Of a stretch of DNA of 57,225 nt, positions 18,676 to 29,500 are shown in pieces. Source of the stretch: Sphingobacteriales bacterium (lineage in GTDB: Bacteria; Bacteroidota; Bacteroidia; Chitinophagales; JADIYW01). Each line of letters begins with the position of its first letter. Position 1 is the stretch's first letter. A program made the position numbers and the translations under genes. Below the pieces are notes generated by a model. It was not told the DNA's origin. It ran no database searches and saw nothing but the letters and a program-made list of their open reading frames with translations. The stretch lies in the NCBI GenBank assembly GCA_043757615.1, contig JAYVPA010000138.1, positions 1-57,225 on the forward strand. The letters are read 5' to 3'.

Positions 18676-19617
18676 TTAGAGATTAATCTTCTCGCCAATA
18701 TAATATTGATTTCTGTCTGCGCCATTTCGAGCAATGAGTTCGCCTAAAAAGCCTGCAACAAATAATTGCGCACCAACAATTATAGTTAAGATACCAAGAT
18801 AAAAAATGGGTCTGTTGGTCATACCAACGATGCCAAATATAGTTTTTGTGATAGTCAGGTATATTAGGATTAAAATACCAAAAAAGAAGGAAGCAACGCC
18901 AAGTGTACCGAATATATGCATTGGTCTTTTTCCATAACGCGCAACAAAAGTGATGCTCATTAAATCTAAAAACCCATTTACAAAACGCTCCATACCAAAC
19001 TTCGTTTTTCCGTATTTGCGCTCCTGATGCTGCACAGATTTTTCTGTAATTCTTTCAAAGCCTGCCCATTTTGCAATCACCGGAATATAACGATGCATTT
19101 CTCCGTATACTTCAATGCTTTTTACAACCTTACTCTGATATGCTTTCAAACCACAATTGAAATCGTGCAGGTTATGAATACCGGAAACATATCGCGTAGC
19201 AGCATTAAATAACTTTGTCGGAAGTGTTTTAGTAACCGGATCATAACGTTTTTTCTTCCAGCCGGAAACCAACTGATAACCTTCTTCCTTTATCATTCTG
19301 TACAAACCCGGAATTTCATCAGGTGAATCCTGCAAATCAGCATCCATAGTAATTACTACATCGCCTTGCGTGGCTTCAAAACCAACCTGTAATGCGGCAG
19401 ATTTACCGTAGTTGCGTTGAAATTGTATGCCCTTTATGTTTGGATTTTTTTGTGATTGTTCTTTAATCACTTTCCACGAATTATCTCTGCTGCCATCATC
19501 CACCGCAATCACTTCGTACGAAAAATTATTTTCGGTCATTACTTTTTCAATCCATGAAAATAATTCCGGCAACGATTCTTCTTCGTTCAACAATGGTATG
19601 ACAACTGAAATATTCAA
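18676..19617 (-). CDS. family 2 glycosyltransferase (polyprenyl-phosphate glycosyltransferase type)
   Basis: VVIPLLNEEESL, DDGSRD and DADLQD (DxD), plus two C-terminal TM helices as in DPM1/ArnC-like GT2 enzymes. Confidence 0.8.
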   Translation of the reverse strand: MNISVVIPLLNEEESLPELFSWIEKVMTENNFSYEVIAVDDGSRDNSWKVIKEQSQKNPNIKGIQFQRNYGKSAALQVGFEATQGDVVITMDADLQDSPDEIPGLYRMIKEEGYQLVSGWKKKRYDPVTKTLPTKLFNAATRYVSGIHNLHDFNCGLKAYQSKVVKSIEVYGEMHRYIPVIAKWAGFERITEKSVQHQERKYGKTKFGMERFVNGFLDLMSITFVARYGKRPMHIFGTLGVASFFFGILILIYLTITKTIFGIVGMTNRPIFYLGILTIIVGAQLFVAGFLGELIARNGADRNQYYIGEKINL

Positions 19618-19685
19618 CGTACGATATATAATTTATTTTACAAAAATAGATTTATTCATTTGCAGAACCAAATCGAATTTCTATT

Positions 19686-20117
19686 TTATTCTTTTTTAAG
19701 AATTACACCAATGATAATGGACCAGACTAAGCCCAAACCGTTATATAGCATTAACAACATAGCGAATGCTCCTTTTCCCATTAATTGCTGGTGTGTAACT
19801 GAAGAAAAAATGGAAAAAAAAGTGGCAATAAACATCGCCAAAATTAAACTGGACAACCAGCCTATTAATACTGCCTGCAACATAGACAGTTTATCGCCTT
19901 GTATTTTTCTTGATAAAAACTGAGCGGATGCAACCGCAATGATAACAGAAACAATTCCAACTATAACTTGCTGCGGTCTGCCAAACGGCATCTTTTTAAC
20001 GTAGACCAGCATGTTGAAAGAAGCAAAAAAGATGGTTGAAAACAATGCTGAAAAAATCGCTATTGCGAAACCACTTAAAACACCACGTGGATTTGATCCT
20101 TGTACTTCTTCGCTCAT
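19686..20117 (-). CDS. small integral membrane protein (DUF4199-like)
   Basis: 143 aa with four predicted hydrophobic helices. The family assignment is from memory only. Confidence 0.45.
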   Translation of the reverse strand: MSEEVQGSNPRGVLSGFAIAIFSALFSTIFFASFNMLVYVKKMPFGRPQQVIVGIVSVIIAVASAQFLSRKIQGDKLSMLQAVLIGWLSSLILAMFIATFFSIFSSVTHQQLMGKGAFAMLLMLYNGLGLVWSIIIGVILKKE

Positions 20118-20131
20118 TTATTTTTGTAAAA

Positions 20132-21385
20132 CTATTTATTAATAATGAAATTCCCTTTTGAGAAAACAGCTTTCACTTTTCCTTTTAATGGATGACCAAT
20201 ATATGGTGTATTCTTAGATTTAGATTTTATATTTTTTTCTGTTAATGTCCATTCTTCATTAAAATCTAAAATGATGAAGTCGTCTGAACTATGATTTATT
20301 ATTCTCTTTGGATTAATTGACAACTTTGCCATTAATTTTTCTTTTGAGATACTATTTTCTAATTTTTTATTCAGCAAACCAAAAGCCGTTTCCAATCCAA
20401 TTATTCCAAAGTCAGCCACTTCAAACTCTACATTTTTTTCGTCGATGTTTAAAGGAGTATGCTGTGTCGAAATACAATCTATTGTGCCATCTATCAAGCC
20501 ATCTATCAATGCTGATTGGTCGTCCAGCGTTCTTAGAGGCGGAAATACTTTGTAATTTGAATCAAAATTTTTAACATCACTTTCATCACTGATTAAATGG
20601 TGTACAAAAACAGAACATGTTATATTCAGCTTTTCACTTTTTGCTTTTCTTATTAAATCCACGCTTTCTTTCGCAGAGATTCCAACGAAATGAAGTTTAC
20701 CTCCGGTGTATTTCAGCAATTCAATATCGCGCTGCACAATTGCGTATTCCGATAAATTCGTAATGCCTTTCATCCCCATGCGCACCGAAATCTCACTTTC
20801 ATTTACTTGTCCATCGCCAACTAATGTTTTATCAAATGGCAAAGTAATAATCAATCCGTCGAAAGGCTGCACATATTGTAATGCACGTAACAACACACCG
20901 CTGTCTTTAATTCCATGCGACACATCGGAAAAAGCAATCGCACCTGCAGCATGCATATCCAGCATTTCTGTTGGTGTTTTTCCGTCAAAATTTTCTGTAA
21001 CCGCACCAATTGGCAAAATGGTTACCCCTGTATTTTTTGCGTTATTGAGAATATATTCTACTTGTGCTTTGGTTTGTGTAACAGGATGATTGTTTGCTGT
21101 CGCACAAATGGTAGTAAAGCCGCCTGCAATCGCAGCATTCGCCACAGAAGTAATGTCTTCACGATATTCAAAACCCGGGTCACAGATGTTTACATACAAA
21201 TCACAAAAACCTTGTGTAAGATATGCACCTGAGAAATCAAGTTCCGTTGCATCTTTTAAATCATTATCAGAAGGATTGAACTGTGCTTTTCCGTCTTTAA
21301 TCAGGACGTTTACTTTTTTTCCGTTGTACCCGGAAGCTGCATCTAAAACAGTGATATTTTTTATCAGGTAATTGGTCATTTCCAA
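20132..21385 (-). CDS. dihydroorotase-like amidohydrolase, probably non-catalytic (metal ligands substituted)
   Basis: Overall DHOase layout (GGFTTICA, VHHL, FPPLR, DGTIDCIST.H.P...EK). The HxH site reads DLYVNICDPG and the DHAPH site reads TQHTPL. Confidence 0.7.
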   Translation of the reverse strand: MEMTNYLIKNITVLDAASGYNGKKVNVLIKDGKAQFNPSDNDLKDATELDFSGAYLTQGFCDLYVNICDPGFEYREDITSVANAAIAGGFTTICATANNHPVTQTKAQVEYILNNAKNTGVTILPIGAVTENFDGKTPTEMLDMHAAGAIAFSDVSHGIKDSGVLLRALQYVQPFDGLIITLPFDKTLVGDGQVNESEISVRMGMKGITNLSEYAIVQRDIELLKYTGGKLHFVGISAKESVDLIRKAKSEKLNITCSVFVHHLISDESDVKNFDSNYKVFPPLRTLDDQSALIDGLIDGTIDCISTQHTPLNIDEKNVEFEVADFGIIGLETAFGLLNKKLENSISKEKLMAKLSINPKRIINHSSDDFIILDFNEEWTLTEKNIKSKSKNTPYIGHPLKGKVKAVFSKGNFIINK

Positions 21386-23415
21386 AATCTTATCAGCAAT
21401 ACTTCAATCAGCAAAAATAACAATGACAAAATTACGCAAAGTTTCCATAATAAAATGCCATCTTTTATTTGTTTTACTTCTGCCGCTAAATTAGCGCGCG
21501 TATTATCCAGTACTAACTGGTTTTTCTGACAGAAAATATTTTTTAATGCATCTTTATCTGCGAATTTCAAATTTGATTCTGTTCTGTCGAAATTAAATGC
21601 TGCGATACCTAAATCCTTATTATTAGCAGATATTGCATAATGTCCGTCTGATGATAAGGTCGTGTTTACACGAAGCAAAACTGTATTTCCTACGGAACGG
21701 TTTTCCGGAATAAATTCATTTTTCCCGTTAGATAATTTATACACGCTTTCGCCATTAGCACTTCCCTGCATGTCGGCAGACGGGTCATTTTTTAATTCCA
21801 ACAAATTATCTCTTCCAATTGTGTAATATAAAGGCTGATTATTTTTTTTGTAGACGGCGCAATTATAGACTAATGGTGCGAATATGGCTTTAGCCTGTAA
21901 ATCGGAAAATCCTGAATTTAATGGAACTGCCTGTAAATAAATAAACCCTTTCCCTGCATCGAATTTAGAAACTAACGGCGAGCCGATATTAGTTGATAAA
22001 ATTTCGCGTTCATTATTATTACTATTGAATAATATCGGATAGAATTTAGAAATTTTTGGAGTTTCTACATTCTTTGGTAATTGATTAAATACAGCCTTAA
22101 ACACATCTTCATTCAGATTAATTTTTGTCACTTCACCGGATTTTGTCTGTGTCTCGCCATAAGTTCCGGCATTGTTATTCGCCAAAAATAAATTATAAGA
22201 AGATACGTTTGTACTCGTACCGGGAATTACATAAATATTTCCGCCATTCTCCATGTATTCTTTTAGAGATGAAGATAAACCTGAACTGATTTCCTGCAAC
22301 TGATTTAAAATAATCAGTGAATAATTCTTAAATGCAGAATAATCGATTTGTCCTTTATTTGCTTTATCAAAAATAAAATGTTCGTCGTTGGTAAAGATGG
22401 ATGCGATGTTATTCGGTGTTTCCGCATCTTCTATCGACAATACTTTTTCTTTGGCATTAATATTAAAAGCAAAATAAAATTTATCATCAAAGGTAATCGG
22501 ATAATCATTGAAGGAAATCTCACCGCGCTGCCAACCTGCTTGTGTTGTAGAAAAACTGAATGAATCAATCATGATGCTTTCTGCAGCAATGGTGATATCA
22601 TCAATTGCTTTTACAGCATCGTTTATTTTTACGGAAACACGGATCTTGTCGGCTTGTGTGGTTCCTGCATTTTTTAACCGTACAATTAACTTATTCGTAG
22701 AATTGATAGTAAATACAGGCTGCTCGAACCAGCAGGAATCCACAAACAGATTCTTTTCGGCATCACCTTGTATCAGTAAGAAATGTGCAGTAAAAGAAGT
22801 ATCCTCACTTTTTGTCAGCATATTTTTTTGAAAATCAGAAATGAAAAAGCCGAGTTTGTTTTTTGCGCCAAGCGTTTGAAACAGTGTTGCTTCTTTTTTA
22901 GAAATCTCTTTAACTGTTTTGATATCTGGTGATAATTCTACTTTATCAACGGCATCTAAAAAATCCTGTTTTTGCATCCAGCGCTGATGCGTGCCTTCCA
23001 AATCGTTTGTCAGTAAAGAAAATTTATCACCGGTGTTGAACGCATTGACAATTTCTTTTGCTTTTGTTTTTGCAATGGATAATGCCACTTCACCGCCATT
23101 CTTCAAACCCATAGAATAAGAGTTATCGATATACACACAAACTGCAGAACTTCCCTGATTGAGTTTGTTTTTATTGTTGCCTATGAAAGGCTGTACAAAG
23201 GCTAAGATTAAAAAAAATAATGCTAATAAACGCGACGCCAGGATCAATCGTTTCTTTAGTTTTTCAATGGTGGACTTTTCTTCCTGAACTTGTTTTAAAA
23301 AACGGATGTCAGAAAAATATACTTTTTTAAATCTGCGGAAATAGAAAAGATGAATGATAATTGGAATTGCCAACGTAAACAGCGCGAGTAAAAACCAGGG
23401 AAAAACGAAATTCAT
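21376..23415 (-). CDS. BatA-domain (N-terminal double-TM) aerotolerance-operon-type membrane protein
   Basis: The N-terminus MNFVFPWFLLALFTLAIPIIIHLFYFRRF is the characteristic BatA N-terminal domain. Likely start is 23415 (track ORF extends to 23472). Confidence 0.7.
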   Translation of the reverse strand: MNFVFPWFLLALFTLAIPIIIHLFYFRRFKKVYFSDIRFLKQVQEEKSTIEKLKKRLILASRLLALFFLILAFVQPFIGNNKNKLNQGSSAVCVYIDNSYSMGLKNGGEVALSIAKTKAKEIVNAFNTGDKFSLLTNDLEGTHQRWMQKQDFLDAVDKVELSPDIKTVKEISKKEATLFQTLGAKNKLGFFISDFQKNMLTKSEDTSFTAHFLLIQGDAEKNLFVDSCWFEQPVFTINSTNKLIVRLKNAGTTQADKIRVSVKINDAVKAIDDITIAAESIMIDSFSFSTTQAGWQRGEISFNDYPITFDDKFYFAFNINAKEKVLSIEDAETPNNIASIFTNDEHFIFDKANKGQIDYSAFKNYSLIILNQLQEISSGLSSSLKEYMENGGNIYVIPGTSTNVSSYNLFLANNNAGTYGETQTKSGEVTKINLNEDVFKAVFNQLPKNVETPKISKFYPILFNSNNNEREILSTNIGSPLVSKFDAGKGFIYLQAVPLNSGFSDLQAKAIFAPLVYNCAVYKKNNQPLYYTIGRDNLLELKNDPSADMQGSANGESVYKLSNGKNEFIPENRSVGNTVLLRVNTTLSSDGHYAISANNKDLGIAAFNFDRTESNLKFADKDALKNIFCQKNQLVLDNTRANLAAEVKQIKDGILLWKLCVILSLLFLLIEVLLIRFWK

Positions 23416-23515
23416 CTTATGCGTAAAGATAATAAAACGAAAATAGACTTGACAAGTTTTTAAACTCATCAAGTCTTAAGTATTGTTACGGTTTATTTTT
23501 TAAGAATAAATGGTG

Positions 23516-26500
23516 CTATGGTAATTTCATCAGTTTTCTCATCTCCATCATATCTTTATAATTAAATTGTACCAGATATAATCCTTTAGCTAAATTATTC
23601 ATTTCTAACGTTATTTCTGTTTCTCCTTTATTCAATGGATAAAAATCTTCTTTCACCAAACTACCATCTACCGTAAATATTTTTACACTCATATCCACTT
23701 GTTGCGGACTCATCACTTTGACTACAGATAAATTATAAGTTGGATTAGGCATGAATTCGCTAACGGAAAAATCATTTTTTGCAGATAAAATAGCGCTGAC
23801 AATTTTTGAATACGTGAAATGTCCATTATTATCTACCTGTTTCAATCGGTAGTAATAGATTTGTCCTGCCACCACTTCTTTATCATCTAACACATAGGAT
23901 TTGGTACCACTGCTGTTTCCGGCTCCTTTCTGTTCAGCTATTTTACTAAAATTCTTTGAATCATAACTACGTTCGATTTCAAATTTAGAATTATTGATTT
24001 CAGACGCTGTTGACCAATCGAGTCTGATTAAATTTTCGTCCTGAACAGCAGTAGCTGAAAAGTCGATTAATTCAACAGGCAATGCATAACCGTTTGCCCA
24101 ATAAGTTGGATACAGGTAGAACGTAGCAGACTTATTTGTATTAAACGTTGCTTCCCAGTAACTTCCTACCCGTGCAAACGTAGGTCTGTATACCACTCCA
24201 TTTGGCGTTGCCGGCGGAATGAAAGTATCACTTTTATTCGGATATGCTACCAGCAGTAAACGCGAAGCATTACCACCAAAATCAAAATAACCTCCATTTT
24301 GTGTTGTTTTTGACGTTAACGCAGCCAACTCTTCATCTGTAAAATATAATTTGATAGTCATTGGTGCATCATTTGTCGTATTAATATTCCAGGCTCTTGG
24401 CAAATAAGGCTGTGGCACATTTCCTACATCCCGTATATAGGATGCTACTGATCTCACATCAGCCGCAACAGGGTTTCCTGCTACCGCATAAGGCAGCTGT
24501 CCGCAGAAAGTAGTACTGCCTATAGCTACAGCATCTGCGCTGTCAGTTACTCTTGCCAGCAATTTACCATTAAGGTCATAATAACTGAAAGTATTTCCGT
24601 TTTGTGCGGGGCATGTTAAACAATATTGAGTACTATATTTTGAAACATAAGCGGAATCTATAGCAGGAGGTGCAAGAACAGTTGTTACAGAGTCTCTGCA
24701 GCTTAATGCGTCAATAACAACCCATTTGATGGTAGTTGAAACACCTGTTCTGGATAATGAATCAATCCCTGATAAATAACTTGACGGAGTAGAAATAATA
24801 CCCGGCCCCGAAACAATAGACCATGCCCCCGAATTAGGAGAAGGATTTGTTGCAGTTAATTGTCCTATATAACCTTTCACACTCATACATCCAGCAATAG
24901 TATTGGATGCAGATCCTGCATTAGGTTTTGGAGACAAGGAGAGTTGTGCAGTATCTGCACATCCGTTTACTGTAAAGATATATTTAAACAAGCCTGTAGC
25001 AGCATTTGTGTAAGTAGCAGTTGCATTACCGGCGACGGTGCTGCTTAGTGAGGACCCTGCCGGGTTTCCTGCTTGTGCTGTCCAGACTCCTGTTGTATAA
25101 TTTCCTGTCAAAGCGGCACCTGATCCTCCACAAAACGGAAAATCTTTACCTGCGTCTGGCATTGAGATTATCACACTGGCAGTATCACTCACGTCGCCAT
25201 TCGTCCATATAAAATTATATGTACCTCCATCTGTGAAATTTGTTATAGTGGTTGTTGCCGAGGTTGAGGAAGTAATGGTTGCAGTACCCGGATTGTCGTA
25301 TCTTGGAATCCAGGTTCCCGGAGTTGTAGTAGCTGCCATTGTCACCGTATTTGTACCATATCCATAGCAAGCACTTTTATCTGCTCCTGCATCAGGTTTT
25401 TGTATTCCGAAATTTACTCCGGTAACATTTGAAACACTTCCCATTGTAACTGTGATTGAAGAATTCGGAGTTCCTGCTTCATTACCCGAACCCGCAGTAT
25501 TATTCACTCCGTAATTTTCACCAACACTACCCCATTTACTTGGGAGAGAAACCGAGGGAGCATTGGCTCCTACTGCAACATTTGCAGTAGAAATAAGTAC
25601 AGTATAGGTGGTTAAAATACTTGCTTTTGTAAATTTATAGGTTCCGTTTCCACTATCAAATGTATCTTTTGCCGCTACTTTTCCTGATGAATTTATAAGG
25701 TAGGCATACATAGTAGCACCGGAAGGGTTGTCAAAAGCAGTACCATTGACTAATGCATCGGCAAGACCATTATTATCATTGTATAGTGTTCCGCTAATTT
25801 GTAACGACTTACTTGCTATACCAATATTAAAACGAGTTACACAAGTACCTGCACTGGTAAGAGTAAAGTTTTGTTTATAAGGAGTTGTTGTAACATAATT
25901 AACAGGTACTGCATTTGCTGAATCCAATTTAACAATATAACATTGTGTATACTTAAGATACTTGACAGAGACATTATCAATATACACCGTATCTGCATCT
26001 GTACTGCTGTTTCCCGTTATAAATCTTATATAAGTAGTAGCAGAAGAATAAGGAAGTACATTTAAATTATAGACATTAATATAAGATGCATCGATAGCTG
26101 CATTACCTGTAATTAATAAAATATTTGTAAAGGTGGTACCATTTGAAGATGCCTGTACTTTAACGGTATCAGTAGCAATAAATGTAGTGCTTTTTCTTCT
26201 GTAGGTAAAACTCAGATAGGCAGCGCTGGTGCCGCTTAAATCAACAGTACGCGTAGCTGATCTGTTTTTATCTTTTAATCTTAACGCATACGATATTGCA
26301 CCATCTTTAATAAATTCAACATCTGTATTTGCAACAGTGGCACCGTTATTACAAAATCCAACTGACAATACATCTCCGCCATCTACCCAATCCGAAGCCC
26401 ATGCGGAGTTACCATCTGAACCATTTGCACAAGTTCTGTTTGCACCGGTGGCATCGTTAAAGTCATCTGCTACAGTTTTTTGAGGATAGTAAATAAACTG

Positions 26501-29500
26501 GTAAGTACCCGAAGCATCCACCGTTACAGAATCTGTAAGTTCATTTGCATCTATCGTCGCATTACAATTACCATCAGTATATAAATACACTTTTGCAGGA
26601 GTATATCCCCCTTCGCCATTATTCAGTAATCCATCTTTACTATCATCCAAAAATACTGTTCCGGCGATAAGATTTTTCAAGGGATATGCCGGACATGAAC
26701 TCACTTTTATTATTACGGTTGCATAATCACAGACCGGTGAAGGAGTGGAACAAACCTGATAAACCAAGGTGTCATAACCAATATATCCGGTACTTGGTGT
26801 ATATAATAAAGTTCCATTCGCGTTTACTGAAACTGTTCCGTGTGAAGGTTGTAAAAAACCGGTTGTCGTCACTGTAGTTCTGTCCAGAATTGCAGTAAAA
26901 CCCGTATCATTGGCAAGTATCGGAATGGTAACCGGCATATCCGTTTGTGTTACCGTATAATCATCATTCGCAAGTATTTGTTTGCTTAAGCAGAAAGGCT
27001 GTATGGAAGTTCCTACATCAAGATTTGGGAATCCTATACCACTCGCCAAAGCAGGGTCTTCTCCATAAGCCATTGACAGTTTTACTCCATTACAATCATA
27101 TACAGCTAATCCACTCTGATCCTTATCCGCAGCATCCAAAAGTCTTTGTAACACTAATGCTCCAAGAGTATAAGAAACATCATATTTAAATCCGCATGGA
27201 CTGGTACTTCCTGTTGTGCTATTGACATTTCCATCCCATTTGACATAAATAGTAGTAGCTGCTATGGGCATTACCCAAACGGGAGCAGTGTTTATTGATA
27301 AATCAGAAGAACCAGGTGCCCAGGCTATAGACCCAAAGTCAGTTAACCTGGCTTCAGGTATCAGTGCAAATGACCAGTCATAGTCACCTCCGTTATAAAC
27401 ACCGTCAAATGTCCAGGAGTCTATTAACTCATTTGCAACAAATACTTCTCCTCCTGAGCTTTTAAATTTGTATCCTCTTATACCTAAGGGATAACGAAAA
27501 ATACCTCTTGCGGGGATAACAAAAGAGCCGGCAGAACCCAGAGACGTAGTTGCGTTAATTGTAATAGCCTGACTAAACGGATTATAAAACATCACTACTG
27601 AAGAATCATAATTTCCTGCAGTCTGACTGGTAGGTACCGGTGTGTAGTATGTATCTCCATAAAAAGAAGCAGGAAGCACATTTAATTCTTTAGCATTCCA
27701 GCAATATACGGAGTCACCAAAGAAAACATCCACGCCAACAGGAGATGAACTGGTTACAGCAGCACCTGCTTTTACGCCTCCATTTTGAAAATAACTATCT
27801 CCTTCCTGTAGTGTAACTGTTGTATCCACCACACCATTGTTATCCTTGTCTATGGAAACAGTAGTATTGTTAGTTGCAGCACGAACGAACAGAGCTGTAT
27901 ACTGGAAATCATAATTCGATCCGGTATAACTTCCTATCGGTATATTAAATGAAGTTCCGAATTTCTGGGTATCATAAACATCGGTGGAATACGCCTGCTT
28001 TTCTTTTCTGACAGAAACGTTCCAGGATATCCTGCTTACGGCAATATCTTCTGTAGAAAATATTTTATCTTTTGCATCATAATAAATCTGGGCAGTATTT
28101 CTAGGGTTGGCTCTGAATATATTATCAAGAATAATACTTCCACCCCCGGGAATAATATCTGTCGGATAACCGGGTGCAACACCATTATATATATCTCCGT
28201 CTCCCCAAACTTCTGTTGTAGTTTGCTGAGGGTCTAAAATATTTGATTCATATCCATCTTCCCATTGGTCGTAAAATATTACTACTCCGGGATATGGACA
28301 TTTTAAACTTATTATTGTTCGGAAGGTATCGGTCGGAGTACCAAGTGTATGACAATCTGCTATTGAAAAAGCTGTTTTTAAATCTTTTTCCGGAGCCGGT
28401 ATGTAAAATATATGTGATTTAGATGCCTCTGTGCATGGGTCTGTAACAACAGAAAGTACAGTGATTACAACTTGTGCTGTATCCCATAAAGAAGTCAAAT
28501 CACCAATTCTATAAGTTAGTGTGTCATTTCCGACTGCTACAGGTGTATAAATAAGTACGCCGTTACTTACCAACACTTCTCCTTTTTTGGGTTGTGTTAT
28601 AACTGCAAGGCTGGCAGTGTTAATATTATTATTCGGATCATAATCATTTGACAATACGTTTAAATAATTCGCTGTTCCTAAATAAGAAAGATCATAGTCA
28701 TCGGCGGCTACAGGGGGACAGTTTCCCGCACATGCTGCATAACCAAAATTATTCGCACAATCTGTATTATTAAATGTACTGAAATGCGCTGTTTCAGCGT
28801 TCGTACCTTCCAACACCTTACCTGCGGGAAGCGTTGTAGTAGTAACTGAAATTAAATAGTTGGTATCTAAAACAGCACGCTGAAAAACATAATAACCACC
28901 TGAAGTAGTAGTGGTTGTCTGTATAACATCATCGCCGGGACCATAACTTCCATTATTATTAATATCTTTTGCTATGGTAACCGTTATCCCGCTAACACCC
29001 GTTTCTGCTCCATCCTTAATGTTATTTGTATTTGCATCAGCGTATACATACCCTTCTATATAATTACTGCCCCAATAATTCGGAAACTGATAAGACACTG
29101 CATCTATATCTGCTTTTATACTGGTAGTGGAAATAATTTTCAGATATCTTATTCCTGCGCTTTGTGTCACGGTATAATAAAAATCTGTAAAGTTAGGCTG
29201 AACCATTGTAGTTGTATAGGATTGTATACTGGTAAAAGTGGTATCATTTTTTGATCCTGTTACATCTACATTTGCAATAGTAGCTGCTGCATCTGCAGCT
29301 AAAAATAATTGGATATTGCTTCCATAAGGGACCACTGTTCCTAAATCTAAATAAAGTACTTTTCCGGTAGCATCCAGTTTAGCAAAATTAGCCTGATCAG
29401 GAGCACCTAATGACCTGTCAGGGTTTGCTGCTGTACTTGCGTTAGGGGTTGTAGGATTGGCTGTAGCATATCCCATACTATAAGTTATAGCACCTGACAT

